Below are positions 1-8,378 of a stretch of 43,528 nucleotides of DNA, piece after piece. The notes under the pieces are model-generated. The model had not been told where the DNA came from. It worked only from the letters and a program-made list of their open reading frames with translations, and ran no database searches. A program made the translations under genes and the position numbers. Where the stretch lies: positions 1 to 43,528 of IMG/VR virus record IMGVR_UViG_3300032243_001810; one strand, 5' to 3'. This DNA is from a virus (taxonomy: Duplodnaviria > Caudoviricetes). Within the stretch, counting starts at the first letter, position 1. Every line of letters begins with the position of its first letter.

Positions 1-14
1 CTGCGACGCTTCAC
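1..14 (-). CDS. Possible 5' end of a gene running off the left edge (GTG AAG CGT CGC..., MKRR)
   Basis: GTG at 14 sits 6 nt downstream of a perfect TATAAT (21-26, minus strand), the same geometry seen at five other genes in the window. Only 4 codons are visible. Confidence 0.35.
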
Positions 15-50
15 AACAACATTATACTTCAATCTTTACAACAATCAAAA

Positions 51-605
51 TCACGTTGCAATCGTGAGCGGATCATTGGTCACCGCATGGAGGAACCAGT
101 GGCTGCCGTTGCAGACGACTTCCATGAAATCTCCTCCTTGAAGGGCTACACCGAAAGCAACGGATATTGCAGCAGTGACCTGTTGACCCTCGGCGGCAGC
201 GGCGGCCTGGTTGTTGATGTTGATGGCGTTGCCGTAGATCTTTGCGGCCCCGGCGGGAACCTGGATCTTGTGGGCATATGCAGCACCAGCATACATCTTG
301 AAGTGAAGTCCTTGGGCCGGCGCTGGAAGCGTGAACGTTTGAGCAGACCCTCCATCAGCGATGAGAATGGCTCCGCTCTGTGCTGAAGTGAGCACGACAC
401 CGGTTGAGATAATCTGTTTGCGGCCGCCTGTCTGAGTGACGCCGGCCATCGTGAGGTAGGTACCGCTGAGCGTGGCGTTTCCTCCGACAGACAGGTCATT
501 TGTAATCGTGGTGTTTCCCGTTGTAGACAGCGTACTTGAAATTTCGACGCCAGAACCTGTGCTTTGGACCAAACCTTGTGAATCATTGATTGTAACTTTT
601 GGCAT
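51..605 (-). CDS. Putative virion structural protein (head decoration/fibre-like), about 184 aa
   Basis: Start revised to ATG at 605 (MPKVTINDSQG) because AGGAG lies at 616-620. Gly/Ala/Thr-rich, with T.TLP.P..G and GDF.EVVCNGSHW motifs typical of beta-rich phage fibre/decoration domains. Lies downstream of the capsid gene. Confidence 0.6.
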   Translation of the reverse strand: MPKVTINDSQGLVQSTGSGVEISSTLSTTGNTTITNDLSVGGNATLSGTYLTMAGVTQTGGRKQIISTGVVLTSAQSGAILIADGGSAQTFTLPAPAQGLHFKMYAGAAYAHKIQVPAGAAKIYGNAININNQAAAAAEGQQVTAAISVAFGVALQGGDFMEVVCNGSHWFLHAVTNDPLTIAT

Positions 606-682
606 AACGTGTGATCTCCTTTTTGTTCGCAAGATTCCGAACCGCCGGCGAGCTCGGCTGATCACTGGTCCGGGCCTGCCGA
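606..682 (-). promoter_or_regulatory. GC-rich structured 5' leader (candidate cis-regulatory RNA)
   Basis: Nested pairings GCAGG(675-679)/CUUGC(629-633), CCGGACC(667-673)/GGUUCGG(637-643) and GCCG(655-658)/CGGC(644-647). Loop GUGAUC(660-665) is complementary to GAUCAC(611-616), which abuts the SD. Confidence 0.5.
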
Positions 683-689
683 TAAATAT
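683..689 (-). promoter_or_regulatory. ATATTTA putative late-promoter motif
   Basis: ATANTTA recurs upstream of several structural genes (see findings). Confidence 0.45.
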
Positions 690-709
690 TGATCATTATC
701 AAGCAAGAT

Positions 710-2137
710 CTACAAATCGCAAACAAAAACCGAAGAACTACAACCATAGATTCTTGAAACATTGGCTTCATCAGTAATCTGTCGTTCTGACTTGCCATCT
801 CGGGCTCTAAACCTAAAACGATCATAACGAAGATGGTTGTCTGTATACCAATAATCAACAGGAGTCGTACCAGTCATGCTAAACCCAGCAGACCTATATC
901 CATTACCTTCTCCAACCCTTCTATCGACATAGGTCATGATTCTTGAATATCCATTTGACTTGCACCAAGACTTTGCCGTTTTCAACAACTTGGACAATCC
1001 TCCTGGAACAGAAGTTCCTATCGCCGTACTGAACCTGGCTATCTCTAGACATCCTTCGTACTTCTTTCCGTGACGAGGGACCCTCAACGATAATGCAGCT
1101 ACGATGTTATTGCTTCTGTCCCTCAAACCCCAGGTGATCTTTGAAGGAACATACCCGGAGATATGGGTGGAATCAAAGAATTCTCTCTGCTCTTTTGAAT
1201 TCAACTCCACAACCTTAGTAGACCAAGTCTTACACCGGTGAGCATCTAACCCAAGACGATGGAGGATCATAGACTCGCATATCCCTCGCTTGTCCCTCCA
1301 TTCATCCTCAAATATCTGTAGCAACTTTATTCCCTTTTCAGAAGCCAAGACGGATTTCTTCAGGTGCTTGTTCTTGTCGAATATCTCGTCCTGCTTGGCT
1401 CCATCGCTGTGCCAATACAGTCCGTGACACTCGATTCCAAACTTTTTGGATGGAACATAGACGTCTATCTCCTTCGGAGCGATGACCCTCTTGTCTCCTG
1501 ATACGGCATCTTGTGTTATCGATTGGACATAAGAAAATACCTCTAATTCCCAATTGGATTTACCAACCGGATGGCATCGATAACACCTACTGCCTCTTTC
1601 GAAGGCTTGAAGGGTTTTTGGTTGTAGTTCTCCACACTTGGTGCACTGGAATGTTAGGTATTGCTCTTGTCTAGAGACATATTGATCTACAGGTGTTATC
1701 AGGATGAACTCAGATTGCCTTGCAGATAATCTTTCATTTAATGTTGAGGTTACCAATAGTTTGCTTAAACTAATTTTTTGTAGGGTATCCTGGGCGTGGT
1801 GTCGACCGTAAAAAGGGTTGCCTGTACCAATCATCTTTTCTGACTGTTGTTTGATCCTATCGTCTGTCTGTTTGGTCTTGCCACGGTTCCAAGCTTCTGC
1901 TTTTCCGCCTCGTGAACCGCCTTCCTTCATTGCAAGATGTGAATGATCCTTACAAAAAGTCTTGAAAGAGAAAGAAACATACCTGACAGGAGCTTGACAC
2001 TCTCTACAAACGGGTTTTATTCCGTCATGATAAACCTTTACCGAGTAGTCCTCAGAAGACAATCCATGTTCGGATCTGATGTGATTGGTCAGCTTCTTTA
2101 GATCATCATGTTTGAATTCACACAACTTGCAGTCCAT
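710..2137 (-). CDS. Putative homing endonuclease: C2H2 zinc finger + NUMOD3-like repeats + Zn ribbon + PD-(D/E)XK/Vsr-like nuclease + Mom/GNAT-like C-terminal domain (Hef-like)
   Basis: N-terminal CKLC..HIRSEH; AWNRGKT and GNPFYGRHH (NUMOD3-like); CTKC..CYRC; EIDVYVP..FGIECHGLYWHS..LLQIFEDEW; C-terminal LEIARF..GGLSKLL..IMTYVDRR..GNGY..AGF. Confidence 0.7.
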   Translation of the reverse strand: MDCKLCEFKHDDLKKLTNHIRSEHGLSSEDYSVKVYHDGIKPVCRECQAPVRYVSFSFKTFCKDHSHLAMKEGGSRGGKAEAWNRGKTKQTDDRIKQQSEKMIGTGNPFYGRHHAQDTLQKISLSKLLVTSTLNERLSARQSEFILITPVDQYVSRQEQYLTFQCTKCGELQPKTLQAFERGSRCYRCHPVGKSNWELEVFSYVQSITQDAVSGDKRVIAPKEIDVYVPSKKFGIECHGLYWHSDGAKQDEIFDKNKHLKKSVLASEKGIKLLQIFEDEWRDKRGICESMILHRLGLDAHRCKTWSTKVVELNSKEQREFFDSTHISGYVPSKITWGLRDRSNNIVAALSLRVPRHGKKYEGCLEIARFSTAIGTSVPGGLSKLLKTAKSWCKSNGYSRIMTYVDRRVGEGNGYRSAGFSMTGTTPVDYWYTDNHLRYDRFRFRARDGKSERQITDEANVSRIYGCSSSVFVCDL

Positions 2138-2177
2138 GTCATCACACCCTTCTATGGGCTATATAGTATCGATAAAT

Positions 2178-3008
2178 CTAAAGTTGTAATAACCAAATTT
2201 CAGGAGACAACATCACCACAAATCCCCAACCCATTCTGTCACAATATTCCTGTGCTGCTAACCATTTAGCTTCATCGACTTCATCATGTCGTCCCTTCAT
2301 CTCGTACAACACCCTGTCTTCCCTCCCAAAGAAATCAGGAATATAATTTCTAGTTGTTCCATCTGGGTGCCTATACGGAATTGTTATTCCGTGATTCTTA
2401 GTCACTTCATATCTCCTTGAAATACACGACTGGAAAAAGATAGACTCCCATGATGAATGCATGTGCTCTTCTTCACCTGTCCACGGATTAATCAAAGTCT
2501 CTCGTTTGAATGGAGCTTGTGGTCCAATCTTGTTTTCTGAAAGCAACTTAATTGCTCGTTGTGATGCTTCTTCACGAAGAACGGGGGCCAAAGGCGATTC
2601 GGCCCAGAAACGATGAATAGATCCTGATTGTTTTTTAATGGCTTCAGGGGTCTTTGAAAGAGGAAGCATTTCTTTAATTCTTTTTTCAGCTACGTCAGGA
2701 TGTTTTTCCATAAACTTTTTCATGTTTATAGAATTCTTTTTTCCTATCTTTGCTTTCTCTTCGTCAGACTTCACCCTACCATATGCATGATGCCCATGAA
2801 TAAATCGAGTAAAATCTTTTAGTGCAACATTCCATCTATTTTCTCCGTTACACCCACAGGCGCATAGAGGGACTTGATTGTTATATTTCCACTTAAGAAC
2901 ATACTCCTTTGCGGTCATTTTATGGAAACGAAGATGTCTTAAAACAAATTCGTAAGATTCAAACTTCGTATTACATTCTTTGCAAGTCTCATCAACCTCA
3001 ATTAACAT
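2178..3008 (-). CDS. Putative homing endonuclease: C2H2 zinc finger + CACGC + NUMOD3-like + TnsA-N/gp4-like PD-(D/E)XK nuclease
   Basis: CKEC..HLRFH; PLCACGC; GRVKSDEEKAKIG; HSSWE..IPY..RNYIPDF..LYEMKG catalytic pattern. Confidence 0.7.
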   Translation of the reverse strand: MLIEVDETCKECNTKFESYEFVLRHLRFHKMTAKEYVLKWKYNNQVPLCACGCNGENRWNVALKDFTRFIHGHHAYGRVKSDEEKAKIGKKNSINMKKFMEKHPDVAEKRIKEMLPLSKTPEAIKKQSGSIHRFWAESPLAPVLREEASQRAIKLLSENKIGPQAPFKRETLINPWTGEEEHMHSSWESIFFQSCISRRYEVTKNHGITIPYRHPDGTTRNYIPDFFGREDRVLYEMKGRHDEVDEAKWLAAQEYCDRMGWGFVVMLSPEIWLLQL

Positions 3009-3044
3009 ACAACTATTATATATACGTTAACTGAACATTTATAA

Positions 3045-3074
3045 ACTACAAAGGCCACCTTTTGGGTGGCCTCT
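3045..3074 (-). terminator. Rho-independent terminator after the major capsid gene
   Basis: 8-bp GC-rich stem AGGCCACC/GGTGGCCT (3052-3072), followed on the minus strand by TTGTAGTTT, about 40 nt past the MCP stop. Confidence 0.75.
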
Positions 3075-3111
3075 GCAGCTGTTCAAGCTATGAACTCAGA
3101 TGACGTTCATG

Positions 3112-4998
3112 TCATATGATATTCATGTCGAGACATGTGACGGTCCCGAAGAAGTCAGAGCGAACCATTTTCTTACCGTAGCGAGTCATCACACCCTTAC
3201 GTGGTGTGAAATCCTCTGGTGCGAAGATTGTTGGTGTCACAATGAGTGGAACGTATGGTGCGTAGACGTAACCGGTCTCGAGGTAGGAACCACCCTTGTA
3301 GCCGACGAGGATCTTGTTACGGACGAAGTAAGGATCCTTGTAGACTGTGAAGCGGTTGCTGAGAGAGCCGATTGCCTCTGCTCCGATTGTGAATGGAGAA
3401 GCGACTTGACCTTCACCGTCGATGGAGAACTTTGGCTTGTAGAGGACAGAGCTCTCGAGGACCGTTGCGACGTCTGGGCCGCAAACGAGGAAGTTTGCAG
3501 AGCCGCGGAGTGTCTTACGGTGGATGGTGTTGGCAACGTCGATGATTGTCTCAACGAGTGTCTCGTACCACTCACGGACTGTACCGGTGAAGGCTGGTCC
3601 GATTGAGAGGGAAGAGGCGAGAGCAACTGGTGAACCAGTTGTCTTGTTGACGAACTTGCCTGGTGCACGTGACCAGTAGTAGTTGGCGCCGTTAGCTTGT
3701 GTGACGAGGTCATTGAGAATCTCGCGATCAATCTCAAGAGCGATTTGCTCGGAGAGGATTGATGTAAGCTCGACCTCTGCATCCATTGAGTGGTATGCGT
3801 TGAGGTCTTGTGCGAGTTCTGGTGACCAGCGAGCACGTAGCTTGCGGGTTGTTGCGGTGATTGCAAGGGACTCAATCTTGATGTCGATCTCTGGAATTGC
3901 TGGAGATGGTGTTGCACCAAAGTCAGATTCGAAAGAAGGAACTGTGAGTGTTGCGCCTGTTCCTGCAGAATCTGCACCGAGGCCGAGGACCGCGTCAGAC
4001 TTTGCGAAGCTAACCTTGCCGGCGCCTGCTGTGAGTGAGGTGAGGCCGTTAGCGCCCTTGAGGACGAGCTGTACGTGTGTACCATTCAATGCATCGGGTG
4101 TGAAGTAAGGAGCAACCGAAGCGTTGAAGTTACCGCGCTTATTGAGACGGCGGAGGTTGAGTACTCCTGTGCCACCTTGGTATGTCTCGCCCCAAGCTGT
4201 TGCGTTTGCTCCGAATCCGCTGAAGAGTGCGATTTGATCAACTGCAAGAAGATCAGCACCGGAAAGAGCGGATGTTGGGAGGTAAACGAACAATGAATCA
4301 AGGGCGCCGAGGCTGAGGTCTGTTTCGACCTGAGAATCGAAGTCCATGAAGCGAGCATTGGAACCGGTGAACATTGTGTTTGTTGACACAACGAGACCGG
4401 ATGCCCAAGAATCTCCGTTTACGCCGCCGTAAGAACCTGAATAAACTGTTCCTGCAGCAAAGTTAACGGCCTGAAGTGAACCAGTGACCTTGGAGTATCC
4501 TGTTCCGACGAGGTCGTACATACCACCAGTTGCAAGAGATCCGGATTGGACTCCGCGGCCTGTTGGATTGTTGTAGATAGACTGTCCACGTGTGTATGTG
4601 GAGTTAGAGTCACCAGCAACCTGTCCAACGTTTGTGCCGTAGGTGTAATCAAGATAGAAGATTAGACCTGAGGGGAGGCTCATTGGTTGGATGGAGACGA
4701 GCTCGTTGGCGACGAGGCCACCGAACACGCGGCGAACGATTGGGAATGCAATGTTGCTGAAACCCTGGATTTGACCGGATGAAGCAACGTTGCCTCCGCC
4801 TGAAGAAAGAGCTGAGCTCTCCTTGAGGACCTGAGCAGCCTGATTCTCAAGAAGTTGAGACATCATCTCACGCTTCTGACCATCTAGACCGCGGAGGAGA
4901 CCTGTGCGGCTCCACTTTTCTGTTAAACGAGCACGCTCGGCGCCGACATGACGCTCCTTGATGCCCTGTGCTAATTGATCGATTGTAAAAGTCTTCAT
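3112..4998 (-). CDS. gp23: Major capsid protein, T4 gp23-like (HK97 fold), about 628 aa
   Basis: Start revised to ATG 4998 (MKTFTIDQL; SD CAGGAG). Motifs LLENQ, FPIVRRV..LVANELVSIQPM..PSGLIFYL, TRKLRARWSPELAQDLNAYH.MDAE.EL..ILSEQI.LEIDREI, G.VYAPYVPL, F.P.KG.MTRYG. Strong codon bias of a highly expressed gene. Confidence 0.96.
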   Translation of the reverse strand: MKTFTIDQLAQGIKERHVGAERARLTEKWSRTGLLRGLDGQKREMMSQLLENQAAQVLKESSALSSGGGNVASSGQIQGFSNIAFPIVRRVFGGLVANELVSIQPMSLPSGLIFYLDYTYGTNVGQVAGDSNSTYTRGQSIYNNPTGRGVQSGSLATGGMYDLVGTGYSKVTGSLQAVNFAAGTVYSGSYGGVNGDSWASGLVVSTNTMFTGSNARFMDFDSQVETDLSLGALDSLFVYLPTSALSGADLLAVDQIALFSGFGANATAWGETYQGGTGVLNLRRLNKRGNFNASVAPYFTPDALNGTHVQLVLKGANGLTSLTAGAGKVSFAKSDAVLGLGADSAGTGATLTVPSFESDFGATPSPAIPEIDIKIESLAITATTRKLRARWSPELAQDLNAYHSMDAEVELTSILSEQIALEIDREILNDLVTQANGANYYWSRAPGKFVNKTTGSPVALASSLSIGPAFTGTVREWYETLVETIIDVANTIHRKTLRGSANFLVCGPDVATVLESSVLYKPKFSIDGEGQVASPFTIGAEAIGSLSNRFTVYKDPYFVRNKILVGYKGGSYLETGYVYAPYVPLIVTPTIFAPEDFTPRKGVMTRYGKKMVRSDFFGTVTCLDMNII

Positions 4999-5044
4999 TT
5001 GTATCTCCTGTATACGAGTTAAAAAGTTGTTAGAAAGTTGTGAC

Positions 5045-6991
5045 TCACTTGCTAATACCTGCAAGTCTTGCCCAACGCTCGGCCTCAATTCCTTCATTGA
5101 GTGTTTGTGTTGAGGCGGCGCGTGTTGCCTGTGAAGAAGAACCAAGAACGCGGCTTTCTGTCACAGTTCTACGAGGCTTCACCAAAGCCTTGGATAGGCT
5201 CTCGTAAACAAGCTTCGCTTCGCGAATTGTTTCTGCTGCATCGAGTTGCTCAATTACCTGTGCCTTTTGGCGAGCAGTGAGTGACTCTGTCTGAAGAAGT
5301 TTATTCGTGAAGAGTAGCTTTGCGTTGAGCAGATTCGTTTCTGCCAACTTCTTATCTAGCGTATTACCTGAGCCAGTACCAGGGTTAACATTGCTATTTG
5401 AGCGAACGTTTTTGGCAGTACCTTCAGAGAGGGACTGCGAAAGATTGTTAAAGCGAGTGACTGAACGATTGTAACGTTCTGCCGTCTCAGCATATGCAGC
5501 CTTTAATTGAACGCTGCGAGAAGAGATCTGCTTGGTCTCAACAATTGTAGTTGCCTTAGAAGCAGCTTTCTTTGTAGATTCATAAAGCTTCTTCAATTCA
5601 GAAGCACGCTTGCGGAGCGATTCTTGAAGCTTAAGTTCCTTGGCCATTTGTGAACGAACGCTTTCGTTCTTCTTAATCGTATTCTGTTGGACGTTTGCTT
5701 GAACAGACTTTGGATCATGTTCACCATTAAGATGGCGCTTTCCGCCGCTTTGGCTTACAGCATCCATTTCGTCCATTGGCTTAGCGGTGGCTTCATCAGA
5801 ATCCTCTTCGTCCATATAGAGTTCAAGAAGCTCGTCTTCGTCATCAAGACCTGGCTTAGCCTCTTCTTTTGGTGCCGTGCCTGCTGGGGCTGCTGTTCCG
5901 GCAGCGTGTGCGGGGCCTTTGGGATCCGTTTCATCAACGGCAACTTCATCCATATAACCTTCAGAAAGATCAAGATCTAATGCTTCATCTTCCTCTTCGG
6001 CTCCGCCAAAATCATCAAATTCATCAGCACCTGGAGCTGTACCATCTGTTGATGGTGCAGACTCGGACTCATCAGCCTCACGAAGAAGCTTCATGAAAGC
6101 AATCTCACGGCGGAGCATGTTTTCGTCAATCTCGACAACTGCGTCGTCACTAAGATTGAGAACTTCAAGAAGACCTTCGTCTTCTTCTCCACCTTCCTCA
6201 GCACCAGCCGCGGGAGCTTCCTCAGCACCAGCTTCTGATTCTTCAGCGCTTGCTTCTGCCTCCTCTTCTTCGCCGGCCTCATCAAGGACGAGATCGACAG
6301 CTGCATCGTCGAGGACATCTCCTAGGTCAACACCAGGAAGGTCCAGTTCGATGGTTACCTTATCTTCATTCAAAGGGTTTCTTTTCATTGTTGTCTCCTG
6401 AAGCTTTTCTAGCTTTTCTAAACATTTCCTTATTCTCAAACCGTATCCCAACCTGGTGGTAGGATCTTCAATACGCTCTTGAACAAATCCGTAAATTACA
6501 TCAATCATATCACCCATATGCGATAAATCAGAATCAAACGTCGTTGACTCTGTGATTGTCGTATCTACCTTTGCTAACGTCTCAATCATTTTTTCGACGT
6601 AGCGTAACTTTTGGTCCATTTCGTGGACATTTGACGGAGTCTTGCTCGAAACAAGATTCTTAATTGAAGAGCTGACAGATTCAGACTTTCGCTTATCCTC
6701 ATCATCAGACTTATCTGAAGCTAGTTTAGACAAATCGACAATTTTCTTGTCGTCTTCATCTTTCTTTGGTTCAACAATAAGCTTTGATTTTTTGTCTTCT
6801 GAATCCTTGCCTTTGTCGACAACTTCTTCTTCATCTTCTTCATCAAGACCTTCAGATAGCAATTCCTTCTCAATCAGCTCCCGAATACGAGGAGCGACTG
6901 CCTCGACAACTGCACGTTTAGCGTTGTCCTCGGCAATTTCCCTGACTTTCTTTAAATCCGCAATTGCTTCTTCGTAGAGCTGCTTTGACAT
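5045..6991 (-). CDS. Prohead scaffolding/core protein (acidic, coiled-coil)
   Basis: Immediately upstream of MCP; very E/D-rich. N-terminal LYEEAIAD.K.VRE.A..NAK and C-terminal L.E.NLLNAKLLFTNKL..L...QK..VIE..D.A...REAKLVYESL..RWARLAGI, a pattern typical of scaffolds next to gp23-like genes. Confidence 0.8.
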   Translation of the reverse strand: MSKQLYEEAIADLKKVREIAEDNAKRAVVEAVAPRIRELIEKELLSEGLDEEDEEEVVDKGKDSEDKKSKLIVEPKKDEDDKKIVDLSKLASDKSDDEDKRKSESVSSSIKNLVSSKTPSNVHEMDQKLRYVEKMIETLAKVDTTITESTTFDSDLSHMGDMIDVIYGFVQERIEDPTTRLGYGLRIRKCLEKLEKLQETTMKRNPLNEDKVTIELDLPGVDLGDVLDDAAVDLVLDEAGEEEEAEASAEESEAGAEEAPAAGAEEGGEEDEGLLEVLNLSDDAVVEIDENMLRREIAFMKLLREADESESAPSTDGTAPGADEFDDFGGAEEEDEALDLDLSEGYMDEVAVDETDPKGPAHAAGTAAPAGTAPKEEAKPGLDDEDELLELYMDEEDSDEATAKPMDEMDAVSQSGGKRHLNGEHDPKSVQANVQQNTIKKNESVRSQMAKELKLQESLRKRASELKKLYESTKKAASKATTIVETKQISSRSVQLKAAYAETAERYNRSVTRFNNLSQSLSEGTAKNVRSNSNVNPGTGSGNTLDKKLAETNLLNAKLLFTNKLLQTESLTARQKAQVIEQLDAAETIREAKLVYESLSKALVKPRRTVTESRVLGSSSQATRAASTQTLNEGIEAERWARLAGISK

Positions 6992-7015
6992 GGTTTTAAC
7001 TTTCTCCGTCTAAAA

Positions 7016-7516
7016 TCATCCACCAGTGGAATCAGAAGATCCCATCTTACCTTTAGCACCTAAAACTTGGGCCGCTATCTTTTTAGCGTATTCTGCAGGA
7101 GACTTGGTACCTGTGTTTGGACCACCTGCGACATAAGAAGGTTTGATATCGCTAGACTTAATCTCTGGATCAGCCGATTTATCAACACCATCTGTTTTAC
7201 CAGGACCAGGTGAAGATACGTCTGGAACATAAGAGTTAGCAGGATCACCTGCATTCTTCCAAAGATTGTCAGCACCAGCTAAAATATCTGGAGCACCAGC
7301 ATAATCCAAGCTAACAGCCGAGCCAAAAATGGTATTATCTCCAGTTTGAAGGCTCGGCTTTAGTTTTGTATTACCTGAATCAACGACAATGCTACGATAA
7401 TCAACTTCCTTACCAACGAAGGCGCTGGTGGGGCTAGCTGGGAACAATTTACCTAATAAAATGTTCTTTTCATTGCTCACTGGAGCATAAATTGTATATT
7501 TTCCTTGACCGGCCAT
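7016..7516 (-). CDS. Hypothetical head-module protein
   Basis: 166 aa ORF with SD GGAGG; G/P/S-rich; lies within the head gene cluster. Confidence 0.65.
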   Translation of the reverse strand: MAGQGKYTIYAPVSNEKNILLGKLFPASPTSAFVGKEVDYRSIVVDSGNTKLKPSLQTGDNTIFGSAVSLDYAGAPDILAGADNLWKNAGDPANSYVPDVSSPGPGKTDGVDKSADPEIKSSDIKPSYVAGGPNTGTKSPAEYAKKIAAQVLGAKGKMGSSDSTGG

Positions 7517-7577
7517 GATATCCTCCGTTGTTTATAAGCAAAAATTCAATATGATTCAAAAATCATATCAAATTAGC

Positions 7578-7895
7578 TCACTTCTTAACGCTCTTTTTTG
7601 CAGGCTTAACGGCCTCAAGCTTGGCCTTTTTCTTTGCTGCAACTTTCTTAGCTGCAACCTTCTTTGCCTCATGAATTTGAGCGAGACGCTTGATTAAACG
7701 AGTCTCTTCAAGACCTAAAGCCTTATAATGATCGATATGATTTTCGAGAGCATCTGCTAACTCATCAGCATCAACTTCTTCAGCTTCTTTAGCTGCATCC
7801 TCAGTTGATGTCATATCACCAAAGAGCTTAGACTCTTGGAATTTTGCAACTTCTTCAGCAATGATCTTCTTTAAAACAGTCGTTGTTAGTTTCAT
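7578..7895 (-). CDS. Small putative internal head protein with acidic middle and Lys/Ala-rich histone-H1-like tail
   Basis: ATG 7895 after GAGGT; N-terminal KLTTTVLKKIIAEEV; C-terminal KKVAAKKVAAKKKAK..KPAKKSVKK. Confidence 0.65.
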   Translation of the reverse strand: MKLTTTVLKKIIAEEVAKFQESKLFGDMTSTEDAAKEAEEVDADELADALENHIDHYKALGLEETRLIKRLAQIHEAKKVAAKKVAAKKKAKLEAVKPAKKSVKK

Positions 7896-7950
7896 AATCA
7901 CAAACCTCGTGCAAATATATATTGTTTAATTATCTTAGCTTAGAAAAAAA

Positions 7951-8373
7951 TTAAAATTTCTTTGGCGTTTCTGAAAATGCTAATTGAGCCCATTTAGAAG
8001 CAGCTTCATTGCCAAACAATTCTTCAGGTGTGCTACGAGCTATAACACCTTCCGCGGAACCAGCGGGTGGTAAAGGTTGTTGACGTGCATTTTCATTCAT
8101 CATAGTTGGCAAAGTATTCATTGCAGTATCTGCAAAAATTGATTCCATGACTGAATTACCTTTTGATTCTCTTTTTATTGTCTCGGCAATAGCTTGATTG
8201 TATTTGACATTTTCGCCGCGGCGAGGCAATGAAGTAGATTTTTCAACTGGTTTTTGGGTTCTAGCGACGGCTTCTTGAATAGAATCTTTTGTAGATGGTC
8301 CAATACCTTCAGCAAGAATTTCAACAAGACATTCTTTTACGATGGTTTTTAGTTGTTGTTTTGTAATACCCAT
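7951..8373 (-). CDS. Hypothetical head-module protein
   Basis: Start revised to ATG 8373 (MGITKQQLKTIVKECLVEIL), just after the stop of the upstream gene; ends W..LAF. Confidence 0.65.
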   Translation of the reverse strand: MGITKQQLKTIVKECLVEILAEGIGPSTKDSIQEAVARTQKPVEKSTSLPRRGENVKYNQAIAETIKRESKGNSVMESIFADTAMNTLPTMMNENARQQPLPPAGSAEGVIARSTPEELFGNEAASKWAQLAFSETPKKF

Positions 8374-8378
8374 ATAAA

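Noticed and set aside
606-665. N-terminal extension MISRARRRFG.. of the first ORF
   Set aside because: The SD at 616-620 supports ATG 605; the region is better explained as a structured leader.
3100-4652. Long alternative-frame and antisense ORFs over the capsid gene (3100..3606+, 3237..4085-, 3683..4108+ and others)
   Set aside because: Expected shadows of a strongly codon-biased gene; low-complexity translations with no motifs or clear SD.
4999-5145. 49-aa N-terminal extension of the MCP given by the ORF track
   Set aside because: It overlaps the scaffold gene in another frame, and a strong SD supports ATG 4998.
7549-7568. Hairpin ATATGATT-CAAA-AATCATAT as a terminator
   Set aside because: Almost entirely AT pairs and no convincing U-tract; too weak to call.
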